Under the pieces are notes generated by a model that was not told the DNA's origin, ran no database searches, and saw only the letters and a program-made list of their open reading frames with translations. 64,000 bases of DNA, taken from Setoptus koraiensis (taxonomy: Eukaryota > Animalia > Arthropoda). Below are positions 14,401 through 28,900 of the stretch, piece after piece (positions within the stretch are counted from its first letter, which is position 1; the number at the start of each line of letters is the position of its first letter). The position numbers were made by a program, and so were the translations under genes. The stretch covers positions 16,678,001-16,742,000 of the forward strand of contig CM106585.1 in NCBI GenBank assembly GCA_048013815.1, given 5' to 3'.

Positions 14401-15773
14401 TCGTAGGCCACAATATTGATATACCTGTTCTTATGTTTATTCTCTGGCATCTGAGAGTGTTCACAACTTAGATTAAGATTGGTTGCTTTTTGAATTTGTT
14501 CGTATTCTCTAGAGAAGCCAATATCACCGTCAGCATGTAGTTTTTGAACGTGTTTCGACCATTCTGAAATTGGCGTAGATCCATAATCGCTATCATCGTA
14601 TGTTTCTGACAATTGTGGTGAATTGCCACGTGTTGCACTGGGTGGGTCATCTAGATAATAGTAGGCAGCCTGAAAGTATTTGCGCCACATTATAAATGAT
14701 ACAATAACCAGGGCAAGAGCAAATGAGGCGCATATGACTCCTACTAATAGGGATGCATTGAAAGTGTTGTCCATACTGGGATAGACAGTGTAACCTGTGA
14801 TAGTTGATATAATAGTAATGATTATAATAATAGATAATGCAGCAATAATGGTAATTACAAATGCAATCAACATGAACGAGTATGCAAATGGCAGATTTGA
14901 TGTAATAATGATGTGCGTTATGTAAGATTTGATTTTGCCTAGACTAAACGAGCGTTCTAAATCTAAATTCATATTGTTGTTATTATTATTGTTTCTAATT
15001 TGAATGGGATGATCTACGTTGACGTTATGCTGTCTTTGTTGTTGACTGAAGCAACTGTCCTGTTTCACATTTGATGCCTGCATCTGTGATGTGTGTTCTG
15101 GCGTGCAACAAAATTGTTGTGATTAATTTGCCGCACAATAACAGTGTCAAGCTGTGGCTTGCAGGGTCGTTTCAAGTGGTCCCTCAGACACGATTGTAAT
15201 GATAAAATATAATCAATAAAAATAAATAGTTCAATAGTGCCCGCGGTGTGCAGCTTACGAAATGTCCTGTCGAATTAAAAACAGAAATTCCGCCTGTCGA
15301 GTCAGCGCAGCCAATAAGATGCCATAATAATATTTTTTTGTCTATCTATTTGTTTGTAAATATTTTTTTCTCATAGATTTTCTCATGAATATTTTCAATA
15401 ATAATTAAGAAAATAATAAATAATAATCTAATGTAATTTATATCCTTTTCATCAAAAATAATACTTGTTGAGCCTGCTGAAAAGGTCCGAAAATTTACAG
15501 TAGGAATCCACTTGGTGTAAGTGTGTGTGTGCGTTGCCCCCTCTCTCCCCTGTGACTCAATTTTGATAATATGAGCATAACAATAGCTGATGCTAGAGGT
15601 TTTTCATTGCTTCTGCTGTTGCTTGTGTACGGCAGGGCGAGAGAAAGATTCGCTCATGACCGAACGAATGGCCTGTGTCCGAGTGGCCGAAGAATTTACG
15701 AGCGTCGAACTAACGCCAGTATAGGCAGCTCACAATTGGGAGATGGACGATCGAACTGCTGGCGAACCAAGTT

Positions 15774-15821
<48 letters not shown>

Positions 15822-18800
15822 GCTGCGAATGTGAGTCACACTCACAAATTGAACTGAGACGGGCGAACCAATTCATGTGTTGCACACACTCACTGTTGTG
15901 GAAAATGTGTGTACTATAGCATAGAATGAATGAATCAAACGCACCACCACCATGAAGAATTCGTGCATTCGCAGACAAACAAAGCCAGTGCGTGGAAGAT
16001 TTACAGGAACACACACATTCTTCATCTGGGCATTGTGTGCACTTTTTACTAGTTTCATGCCCGTAGTGCCAGAAAAATCCGCTTGGCAACCGAGATGCAC
16101 AGCTGTATTGTGTGCACCAGAGCGATGTCCGAGTAAATGTTTCTTTTTTCTTGCTGTTCGGCGTGCACACTTTGCGCGCTGTCTCGAACACAACAGGAAT
16201 GTTTCTGACGCTAGGTGCGCTGCACTTCTTGACTCATTCATCTGTCCGCTGCCTGCCTGCCTGCCAGACCGGAGATGGACAAATACTGCGTGCGCATAAA
16301 AGTCGGCGGCCACTGTCAACAGAATTCCTGTTCGAATCAGTCCAGATCCGATGGAAGCGCAGTTATCGTGGCAGAGCATGCACCCGAAAAGGCATCTTTT
16401 TTGCGCAAACTCAAACTTTAACATAATAGTTCAAACGTCCACCTATAGACGGCGCTAAAGTCCCTAAGATAGCGCACACCGTGTCATGATTGACGCATGG
16501 CTTCCTTCATGTTACATTGCACTTGTGTATCTCGTGTGGTGAATGCCGTACACATGATCATCTATGTCATAATAAAAATTGATTTCTCCACAATATTCAT
16601 GGATATTATTGTTCACAATTGATATTTACATTTGATTGCAACGTAATTTATATCATGAACTCTCCTACCATTATCCATGATTTTCCACCTATTTGTTCAT
16701 TCCATTTATGAGGAGTGTTTTATTAACAAGCCAGCCACAGTTGAAGAATCAATTGAGATCGGAGGCAGGCCTCTAATTTATGCTTAGAATTTAGGACAAC
16801 TTCAAATCGGACTGTCTCGCTATCACAACCTTTCATCTTATATCTCGTAGATAAAGAAGACTATATATCAGACATAGCCACCCATCTGACTACCTCTCAC
16901 TCAAGTGCACAGTCTGATTGTGATCGATCCAATATGGGCTTTACAACAACAACCCATAGGAAGCCTTTGCCCATAAGAACAACATATACCGCATCATTCT
17001 CAAACATTATATTATTTATCATTATTTTAAATGTCATCAGACAATCAGTGGATGCTCGGCAACAGTCAACTAGGTCCCTTATAGGTGTACCAATAGAAAG
17101 TAAGTATCACTCAGTGAATTTGGTCAATATGGAGTATGATCACTTATTTTTATATTTCAGACAATGACAATATTTATCCATTTATACATTCAATAACATC
17201 GAAAACTGTCCAGAGAGATCCTTCTACGAGATTGCCGATGACAACCAATTTAGATGTTTGGACGGGTCAGGAATAATACCATTTGACTTTGTAAATGATG
17301 ATTATTGTGACTGCAAAGACTCTAGTGATGAACCTGGCACATCAGCTTGCACCAATGGCCATTTCTATTGTGCTAACAATGAGTTCGTAGAGAAAATCAT
17401 TCCATCAGCATGGGTCAACGACGGACGGTGCGACTGCTGTGATACCACCGATGAATATAACTCTACAGCTAAATGTGAGAATAACTGCTATCAACTAGGC
17501 GAACATTTGAGGTTAGAACAACAGAGATTCAGGGATGTCGCCGAACAAGGATCATCCGTGAGAAACCAATATAAGGCAGAGGCCAAGCAGAAACGCGAAC
17601 AAAACACTCAACTGCTAGAGCAATTGAAGAGGGAATTGACTGACAAAGAGCAGTCAATAAGAAAATTGGAAGACGAACTGAATTTCGATTTCGGTCCTGA
17701 CGGTGTATTCATGCCCTTGAAAGGAAAATGTTTCAGTCATAATGATAGAGAATACACCTATACCTTCTGTCCATTTGAGCGCGCCACTCAGGAATCTCAA
17801 GGTGGCCTACAAACAGAGCTCGGTAGATGGGGCTCTTGGGTGGGTCCAGACAATGATGTTCACTCCAAGCAAAAATACGAAGGTGGCGTACAATGTTGGA
17901 ATGGTCCAGCCCGTAGCGTAGTCGTGAATTTTGCTTGTGGTGTTCAAGACCAGTTAGTAGATGTCTCTGAGCCAGCCAGATGCGAGTATATGTACGAATT
18001 TCAAACACCTGCCGCATGTCCAGATTTAAGTCCACCAGAGACCCCAGATGCAGCAGCTACTGATGTAAACCAACACCAGTCCCAACAACAAGAGCCTCAG
18101 ACGTCTCAACAAGAAAATCCGCTAGGGGAGCTGGAAGTTGAAGACAATCCAATTCACGAAATAGAAGATGTAGAGCACGAGGGGCATGATCACGGAGATT
18201 ATGTTGACGACCATGATGTGCCTGATCAGGAGGAATCGATTTCTACGCCGGCAGCTTCACAAGAGCACGACGAATTGTAATCAAAATGATGAATTGTGTT
18301 CCAAATACAGCACTTGATTGATTTTATATCTGGGTGTACAGCACTGTTTCTTTACACGCAGACTCACACACCATCACCTCACATAAAATTTGTCGTCGAT
18401 CGAATGGGTTTTGCGAATATTTACCAGCCTCAATAGTGAAGAGATCGCCATATATACATGAACCATTCGCATGGAGTTCAAGTCAGTTCAGTTTCTCTGT
18501 ATGTTTCTATGAATTTAGTTGTTTAGTCAGGCTAAAATCAAACTCTAACAACTTGCCACAACCAAGCTTTGTTGAATAAAAATGGCTACTTACTTTCGCA
18601 TTTGCTTTGCAGAATGACTTTCAATGGATCACTGAATTCACTTTTGAATAAATTCGAACTGTCGATGGTGCTTCGTGTGGCCGCCCTAACCTTGAGCTCA
18701 TAGAGCGAGTCTGCGGTTAAATTTGTCACCAGAAGCTGTATGTGATAAAAAACAATTGCAGGTGGGGCAGTCAGTTTTCTGTTTAGCAGCTATCATTGTT

Positions 18801-21800
18801 GACAAATTTTTTTGTCTGTTAGCAAAAACCTACCTCGTTGACAACCTTGTCCTTCTTTGCGCTCAAAGCAATCTCTTCGAAATTCCATTGACCGTCTAAT
18901 CTATAGTAAACAAAATAGTAGTCTATTTGATTGTAGAAAACTTGGGGCCTTTCCCACTGAAGAAATATACTGTCAGACGAGTAACAGGTTAGATTAACCA
19001 CTACTGGCGCCGACGGTGCCTGAACATCAGTGCGTATCTTGACCGGTGCACTTGACTCGCCTTGGAATTTTCTCGAATATGCTTGGATCCATAATTTATA
19101 ATGACTAAATGGCCTGAGTTCGCCAATAGTGTGCTCCATCACAGACTGAGGGTCACTCAATCGGCGCGTATCGTTGAGATTACGAACTAAATCTTGTAAA
19201 TAAATTTGATAGCCTTGTATGATTCCGTTCGGATATTTTGGTTCCAACCAACGCAATTTGACGCTAGTATCCATCACTCTGATGACACTCAGATTCGTTG
19301 GAGGACTAGAGACTGTTGTTGCGTCATTTTATTTTATTGTCATTATTGTTATCATTTTTGGAGATAAAGAGGGCGAGATAAATGTTGCGTGAGCATTAGA
19401 ACATAGTCATCATGAATAGTGGAACGGAAATGACAGTAAGGCGCGTAATGAGTCGAGCGACTTTAGAGCGTCGATGATTTGTGCCATGGTTGTACTACGG
19501 CTGGTCCACAATAGAGCAACGTAGCGTAATGAACTTTGCCTCTGAATAGAAATGAACCATATCGCACAAGTACATGGCGCGTATCTACACAAACAACTAT
19601 CAAATGTCAAGAGTTCCAGACAGCGAGATGATCAGGCCATGTCCAGTTGATGGCCGAGAACTACGCTTCCAGTTGTCAGTCAAGGTTCATTACTATAATA
19701 CTGTAGGGGATAATGATTTCAGTCTGGCCTATCGTTGGCTCGTATCTCTCTCCGTAGGCCTAAATCGCCAAGCAGAGCGACTGATTTAAATAGAGATTAT
19801 TTATCGCTCTCAACTGAGTTATTTATTTAAATTTAATTACATGACAAGTGTGTGTGCTTGAGCTCATATAAAACTATGAATGATCATCTTGGCATCACAA
19901 AAAGAAATATGTGGTCATGGCTAGGAGAACGATGATAGCAGGCCAATAACGAAATCATATCTGCACATCTACACAATTCTAAATTCAGGCGTTTTGTTTT
20001 TCGCTCTCGACTGTTGCATGGTGAAACTGCGGCCAGCAGAAGTTTATTTGTTCCGCATCATAAACATATTAATTAAAATATATTCATATGGACGACACAG
20101 CAACAATATCAACAATCAACTAAAATAACCATAGGCGCCACTTAATATACGTCGCCATCCCCGATTGGGGTTTATTTGCATAGCTCAAACGACCATGGAC
20201 ACAGACGATTGTAGCTGTTATGAGTTGCAATGGTGAATTTGTTCGAGCTAGACCACTAATCACCAAACACATCTATTGAATATATTGAATTATCATATAT
20301 GTAGTAGTGGCAACAACGATAATAATATTCAGCAGTTGCAACTAGCAGAATAGGTGCAACACTTCATCTTGGTTATAATCATAAACGTCAAGTGTAATTT
20401 ACTCAATCTCATTTATGATTTAGTGCTGCCAATACACACTTAAGTTCAACATGACCAGTTGAGATGGACTGTCCATAATTGAGTTTTAAACTTTTTCCTA
20501 CCAAACCATCTCTCTCTCTCTCTCTCTCTCTCCCTCTCTGCTGACTGCGTCCACTCACTCGATAATCAATTGGTACAGGTAGTATCTGCACCCTGCCGCA
20601 ACTACCTTTAGCTCTTGCCCAACTCCGATCAATCACACACTATTTAATAATATGGTCATCATTTGTATTAATTGTGAATGTGAGCCGACCATTATGCAAT
20701 GGCCATTTGAAAGCTATTGGGCAGTTAGGTTATTTTGATTTTTCAAACTTCCATCAAAACTTCACCAATTCACTAGTAACTTTTGACCATATCAACGACT
20801 CCCATCTCTTCAATTATTGTTAATGTTTATAAAAGTTCAACTCATGTCTTAATTAACCTCCTCAATTGTGGTCAGTCGCCATCTGTTTACACTATGCTAA
20901 TACATGCTAGTACATGTTATATTGATTTGCCAATGATTGCCCACTTACCGCCTTCGTCCGTCATCACAAGCACATTGCTTGAAGGTCCATCACCGGCCGG
21001 ATTGAAAACTTGTACTGAGAATAGATATTGTGTGAATGTTTCGAGATTCTTCACTACCAGTGACTGCAATTTTCGAAAGATAGCAATATTTCACATAGAA
21101 GAGAAAAAAAAATAACAGAATTAGCAAGAGGGTGATAGCAGAGTCAGATAGATAGAGTGAACAAGAGTGTAGCCATGATTGTCATACTAATCGGCGACTC
21201 ACCGTTTCTCTGTGATCGCCAACAATTAACTCTTTCGCTTGCGGCCCATTAATGTCAGGCTGTTGCACTTGATGCGTTGTTGATAAACCCTGGTGAGTTT
21301 GCTGTTGATTTTGGCCAAATGTGTTGAGACCATTCTCAGCGGCAGATGTAGCCCCGTTACTGCTATAGTTACCAGGTGTAAAAGAGGGCGCCGGTGTGGG
21401 TATTCTTGGCACATATCTGATGCGATAGCCTAGAAATTCGCCATGAATCTCTTTATGGGACGGAGGTAACCATTCTAATCTAATGGAATTGGAACTTATG
21501 TTGTGAGCACTCACAATGGTGGGCTTACCATCGGGTACTGATAGTTATTATCAGGTCAGGTTGTTATTGGGACAATTTATTGACACCGAATTGGTAATTA
21601 TTAGAAGATGTGGATATATTTTAGTATGCGTGCAGTCATTATGCGATCATGAGATAAGAGTTGACTTTACTTACTCTCGCGTAGTGTCATGAGATAGTAG
21701 GATTCTATGCTTGGTTCGCTAGCCCCAATTGAGTTGACAGCGGACACTCGAAATGAGTATGTGGTGAACGGCTTTAGGCCAATTATCTGATATTGTGTTC

Positions 21801-24800
21801 TGTTATCTGGCGTCATAATACCGTTTGCCACATCCCATGTGCCGTTCTCACCCTCTCTGTAGAACAAGAATGAGAGAATGAATAAAAAAAATGATGCGAT
21901 AAAATTAGTTGTTGTTAGCGAGAGAGATTAAAACCCTCATCAGAGATTAGTACTAATAAATAGTTTATGCTGTTACTTCAGATCCAGCTTCAGGGCAAAC
22001 AACACCATGATCACTTAGTGATAGTATTATCAGTTATTAGCTATGCTAACTAGACTACATTATTATCACTATCACTGACTATTTACCTGATATGTATGAT
22101 GTAATGTAGGATGGGAGAGTAATGGTAGTCGAAGCTGGGCGCCCAACTAATATTGACTGATCGCGAGGAGAAGCTCATAGTGATGGGCTTTTGGGGAGGA
22201 TCAGGAACATCTGTAGTGGTTGTTGTTGTTGTTGTTATGTTGCGAATTCATGTTAAATGGCGGCAACAACAGCAACAGGTTAACATAAGACATTATTGGT
22301 GTTGTTGCATAACGGTGATCAATCAGCCAAGGGAACAACAAGCAGTTCATTGGTGACCATAGATGATTGATCGACAGTTGTTGTCGATCATTGTCACGGT
22401 TAATATAAGTAATGTAATTTAGTAACAGTAGCAGTAGAAATGCAGAGGCGCGCCAGTACCAGTGGGGCCAAATAGTGAGATGAAACATCGAATGCGAGCA
22501 TCAATTATATTAATTGGGTGATGATGCCACGTTAATAGTGCCGTGTTGATTATCATTTTTCATTGTTGGTTGTGTTGCGTCAGACAAACAAAGGTTGTTG
22601 TTATCGATGGTGGCATCGGGCATCGGTAGTGGCGGTATGTTATGCAATTGGATGAGATAGCCATCGCACACACACACACACATGGAGATCACAGATGAAT
22701 ACCAATACCATGTATTAGTCGAATATAAGGCATAATGGTCGAAGAAAACGAATTGGAATAGAAGAAATAAGGTGTGGTTAGTAATTTGGTATTATATGTT
22801 TTCATAATCTCATAATCATCATCGTCATCGGCATCAACATCAGCATCTCTCTCCCTCTGTGTCGCTCTCTTTTGCCGTTGTGGTGGTATTCATTTAAATA
22901 TGATGATCTAATCAAATCAAATGAGTATGTTGGCCGTTACACTCCTAATGAGCCTTATCTTTACTACTAATGTTCTCATTTTGACGAAAAACTTTCCAGT
23001 TTTACTAAGTTGAGGGCTTTAGTTCTAGCCCATCTATTGGTTCTAATTACATGTTTCTTGTTTACGATTGCATCTAAAAATTAAGACTCCCCGTCAGCCT
23101 CTATTCTCTGGCCCAGTGGTGGCTTGTCTCTGTCGCTCCATGAATTAAGTCGACTTGATTCAAATGATGATAATTCTTTCTCTGTGTGTCTCTGTCTCTC
23201 TTTGTGAGCTTATCTTCACGATGATGAATCTGATTGTATCGACAAAAAGTCATGCCGGCCATGCGAACTTGTGTGTGCCGGTGTGTGCCTTATGGGCCAT
23301 AATTGGCAACGGCAGTTAAAATATTATATTGCACAAAGCCGCTTAAGAGAGCAATGTTACAACCAGGTAAAACGGGGTCTGTCTCGCTCTGGGCGTAAGG
23401 TTTTAGTCTGTTAGAGAGAATCTTCGGAACACATACACACAATTCTCTCTCGCTCTCTTTCTCTGTCCGCGAAATAGCGGCATCAGGCAACGGCATTCCA
23501 CTAGTGCCGGCTGCACTAAAGTATACATAATGAGCAACGAGACAAGACGAGACCGCAAACCCAAAATCGGCCACCATGACTAAAAGATTAGCCATTCGCT
23601 GCAGGTAATCCAAGCATACTAATGATGACATTCCTGTCTCGTTTCGTTTCGTTTCGGCTCGTCCCGTCCCGTCCTGTCCCGTCTCATCTCGTCCAATCTG
23701 CTCTGTCTCTCTGTATCAAACTGCGTGTCTGTGGCGTGCATTCTTTTCGCAAAACAACAACTGTTTAGCAATGATAATAGCCAGACAGTTGTATCAATTG
23801 ATGGTGCTGCTGCCGCTGCCTATAACGGGCCGTTCTTTTTTATTTATTGGTCATTATATTTGATGATACGAATGATCGAATTGCAACAATAACAATCTAT
23901 CTGAACCATCTGATAAATAGATTTTTTGCAAAGAAGAAAAAAGAACTTTCCATTTGCTCGCTCCATTGTACCTTGGCCAGTTCGGGCGGCTCATCCGTTT
24001 TAAGGCACGCAATTTGTCGCTCTATCTACAGCAACCTACACTGGCCGGTGTGACTATTTGGCTGTTGCTAATGAATTTTAGGTGCAACTACTCCTATTGA
24101 CCTACACACAAACAGCGACAGCTCAAGATGGACAGGCCGACACCAAGGCCGAGCTGGCATGTAGACGGGCCATTTCGAGCTGTCGTCTTTAATTTGAGCG
24201 ACTGGCAACAACAAAGAGCATTGTTGCGAGTTATGTTGCGTGTTGCCGTTTATAAGATTTGATTACATCTAAAAACCGTCGGACACGGATTCACCTCGCT
24301 CTCTCTCTCGCTGGCTGGCTGACTGGCTCTCGGGCTCCAAGATGGTCTCTGTTCGAAACGAACATAATCCAGCCAGAGCCGAGCGAAAGTTTATCAATAG
24401 AGAGATAACTATCAACAAGTCTTGCCAAATTGTTGCTGATGAATTGGCCGGCAAGAATGTGTTAATTGTTTTGTGTTTGAGTGCGTGTGTTTGTCGACCA
24501 TAACCAATGAGCTAATTAGTCGATATCGTGACTTTGCGCAACAAGAGACAGAGAGAGCGAGCTCAATTTGACCCCCAAATTGAGCGGTCAAATGCTGTTG
24601 CGAAGAAACAAAACTCATGGTATTGGCCATTGCGTTGGTTGGCCAATTTTAGACAACAAGTGACTGTTGTGAGAGTGTGTCTCGTTTGTTATTGCTAAGC
24701 GCAAGCAATTATCTCTTGCCAGAGCAACTTGTCTTCGAGAATCTCTCTCAGTCTCGCTCTCTGTCTCTGTTTGCCAACTACAAGTGGAAGGCCAATAGTC

Positions 24801-25909
24801 GCTCACTTGAATGGTCGAGTGTGCCTATGATGCCGACTGGCATGTTATAATTAATAATTCATGCTCTCCTACTCACATTTCGCTTCATACGCATACATAC
24901 AGAGACATGGCATTTTATATACTATGTTGCTGCTGCCGCCGCTGTTGTTGTTGTTGTTTGTTGGCTGGCCCATTAATATGCCACTCGACAGCTAGTGTTT
25001 GCATTTAGACGCAACACAACAAGCCTCAGCGACAGAAGCTGCACACATTTACATTCTTACACTCACTTTTAAGATCTATTATATAATATAAGCGCTAATA
25101 GCCAGAAGCTTGCACATCAAAATTAGTGCACTAATGATGATATTAATTGATGTTGACTATGAGCCCGATGACCATGCGATAATGGTCATGTCATGGTTGT
25201 TGCAACTCACATCCGTCGAAGCATATTAATAATGCACCACTTGCAAATCATGCGAGCCACACAACACATCAAATCAGCTATCTCTATGGCCATCTATATG
25301 GCTCTCTTGGTCGCTCTTTGTGGCGTCAGTTGCATTTAGATCCAGGCAGACCTATTTTTTTTTCTATTACCATGTATTGTCAAGTCGACGATGCGCCCAT
25401 TTGATTGCACTTTTAACTCCCGATATTGCTAAATTAACACATGCTTGACCCAATGAATACGAAAGACACAGACACTCTTATCAGTATTCTGCGATTGTAT
25501 TTGATTGCGTTTGGCGATCGTGTGCAGTAAGGCCAGCGTCACAAAATCTCCAAATATGTACTGCTTGCCAGTGGGCAGTTGCAGTTGCAGTTGCCAGTCG
25601 ACAGTCGGCAGTTAAATTGCAGATTTTTGTTTGGCCAAAGAAATCAAATACTTAATTTACAGGCCGAGAGAGATTGGCATCCGCACTTTTATTGTCGTGA
25701 TGCTCTTAGATGGTCGTGCATGAGGTGGCAGCCAGCTAGAAACGGCAGCTTAGTATACCAATCGGCCGTTGCTAGTGATGCTGGCGCTGCTGCACAACAT
25801 ACTCATGAGAAACATACACCATAGAAAACGATTATTGCTGATACTAGCATCTTCTCGGACAGCTCACAAACAAACTGACCAACAAGATGCAGCGGTCAGT
25901 GGTATACTC

Positions 25910-25949
<40 letters not shown>

Positions 25950-28900
25950 AGGCAAGTGAGACGGCTTTTATGACCGCCGTGAACCATAAATCACGCTTAT
26001 AAAACTTGAACAGAAATGGGGCCTGCACTTCCTGCACACTTAACCACTTGATAGCCGACAGCAGACAGTCGGCCGGACACCGAGACAGACGGGAGAAATC
26101 CACGAAACTAATATTCTGTTTCGTTATTGCAATAATAATAATAATAATAATGTTAATAACTAGTTAAAAATCATCATGGTATAAATAGTCTGTTGTGCGC
26201 CGGCACAAGGAATGCGCCAGGGCTCCGTGCACGTAAGTTGAGAACGTTACGCGTTCTTTGTACCCATTCAACAGATTTGTTTCGAATTAATCAAAGCAGC
26301 AACATTTGTTAAATTTGCCAAATTTGCTAAATGCATATTTGCAGCCATTGTGAACGTTTCATTCGCTCGTTCGTGGACGACGCCGCAAAACACGAGGAAT
26401 TTCTCTGTCTCCTTCTCTCTCTGCCTGATACATCACGATTTGCTACCTATCAAAAACCACAACAAAACCCAGCATATTGCCAGTGGTGCCAGACAACAGG
26501 AGAGGAGTGAAACAACTTGTTTGCCACGCGCTCGTGTGTGGCCCTGTTAACCATGACGCTCGACCGGGCCAACCAGAGACAAACAACCCAAAAGAAAAAA
26601 GATCTCCACGTGATGGCCACGACATGGACCATCTTACATGCACCTGTTGCGATTGGAGCTCCTCCACGGGCGGTCCCGCACAACCGCACTTGCGCCGTCT
26701 CATGAGCGCCGAAGAGATTTGTTTGCGCCCTCATTGAGATATGATCTGCAACCATTGTGGTTGGTCCATGGTGGTTTGATCATTAGTAGCGCACATCGAC
26801 ATGCCAGCATCGACAAAATTGATTCTGTGACAAGAGATAAGGCCCTGTTGAGGCGTCGCAACGCTAATGATGCCGTCACTCAATAATGGGGCCAGTCCAA
26901 CTCAGCTGTCCGAACACTAGTTATCGTTGGACCAGGGCAAACCTGTTGCCTGGTCTGCCACATGCAAGTCATTTATTTTATACGTATGTGCTTGTAGTTT
27001 ACCTTGTGAGCCAGTACTGCGTTTGGCCATGGCTGTTGCACTTGCTAATTTGTTATCCATTCTGCTGATAAACAAAATGGACAGTGTTGAGCACTGATGA
27101 ACCACAGCCAATAGCAGTAAAGATTGGCAAAGATATCGGCTTTCAGCAAGTGCCAAACATGACGACATGATTGACAGACGACCAGCGAAGGCCAATCGAC
27201 TTCACGTACCCTTAAAGAGACGCTGTTCATTAGTTGATCGAAATTGATTTGTTGGGTGGTTTGTTTTATGATGGCGAGTTCAAATTTGAGCTTGACCGTT
27301 TTAAAGAAGGTGAGGTAAATGATCTGTAGATCACCAACGAGAGCCCACCATCCTCTGCTTATCTTGCCCACTAAATCTCTGCCACTCTGTCTTCAGACAT
27401 ACACCTCGGTATATTTGGGTGTAGATGCACTGTTGAAAATAATAATAATCAGTTTCATGATTAGTTGTTAGAGTGTGGCACTTCAAAATAGAAGCTTTTC
27501 GTTGAAAGCGTCTCTGATAGCTGCTCGCACAATCGAAGGCACGCTCGTCACCTCATCATCACCACTTGTTGATGTAAAACTATCGATAAGACCGTTCGTT
27601 GCGGGGCGCATCTCTCGGCCACGATCATCACAGCCACACATTGATATTGATCCTGTATATAACGATGATAATAATTCTCATTTGGCTTCGATCACAAAGC
27701 CTCATCATTCTGTTAACAAAGAGACAAGAGAGTGCATTATCTAATCTATTATATCTTTTATATCAGCGCACACAAAACATCATTATCTCGTCGGCCATCA
27801 CATAAGGTGCAAACGTTGCTAGATTTTGTGTGTTAAGAGAGTCCTGGTCGTCCCTTATTTTTCTCTTAGAAGATAATTTTTCATCACTGACATACTTCGA
27901 AAGTGATACCATCTGCTTCTTTTTCTCTGTCTCTCTTTCTGACAGAATCAAGACTCAAGATAGTGGTGATCACCAACTGCGATGGCGTCCTGCATTGGCA
28001 TGACCGACACAAACGCATACTGTACACTGGTGCCCGATTACTGACTGATGAAGACGATCTCATCTCGGTGCGCATGGTGATGTACGCGCACTCTCTCAAG
28101 ACCCACAATTATATGCGATTATTATCATCGTGATAAGAGAAGAACTGAGAGAAGAATTATGATTTATTGAGCTCGCGTTGTGATAATGTTCTTAGCACTT
28201 GTTCTATTGATGTGGCTGGTGTCGACAACAAAGATATCGTCGTCGACCCAAACACACTAACACCAACATCGACAGCAATAACAACTACAACAACAACAAT
28301 GGGGTCAACATGATCCACTTGTTCCGTCGAGTGCCGAACACACTGCTAGACTAACGTAGTTGTAGTAGGTATCGGCGTCACTGGTGACGTCGCTTGTTAC
28401 CTAGCTGTTTCGCTTGATCGACGAATATACGATAATTGTTTGTATTGAATTGTTGCAGCGAGTATTTGTAAGTGCTGCTGTCGTTGCTTGGTGATTGTTG
28501 GTGTTGGTTGTTGGCTTAGGTGTTAGTTGTGGCTGCGCGAATAGTCGTATCATGCAGGCAAATAAACAACAGTTTGTCGTATGTTGTCGCCTATTGTCGA
28601 TTCTTTCTGCTCTCTTGGTCTGTCTCACTTTTGACTTATGGCTTATTCTTGTTCGCTGCAAAAAGAATCGCTATGTAATTTCTGTTGCTGTTGTTATCGC
28701 TAATAACAACCTGTGGCTTACCAAATTGCTAAAGACGAAAGAAGAAGGCAACTACAACGATTAGTTGCGATGTTTAAGAAGAAATGCCAACACACACACT
28801 CAGTGAGCTCAGGTCACAATACAAAGAGCCATTATCATGTGTATGTGAGCTGCAACAATCATCGCCTATCAACAGGTGCAGTGAGAGTGATGAACATCAA

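Noticed and set aside
14795-15083. Hydrophobic N-terminal extension of ORF 14223-15083 that looks like an extra transmembrane helix
   Set aside because: It is intronic AT-rich sequence upstream of the acceptor at 14795; the exon chain is phase-consistent without it.
23290-23631. Minus-strand ORF containing VADFGFA, a kinase DFG look-alike
   Set aside because: There is no HRD/HxD catalytic loop, VAIK lysine or APE region around it.
24001-24010. TAAGGCACGC, identical to the first 10 nt of miR-124
   Set aside because: The remainder does not match miR-124, and I see no precursor hairpin.
27903-28133. Non-repetitive ORF after a plausible acceptor inside the Ptp99A intron
   Set aside because: I see no recognisable homology, no start or partner exon, and no phase-compatible role in Ptp99A.
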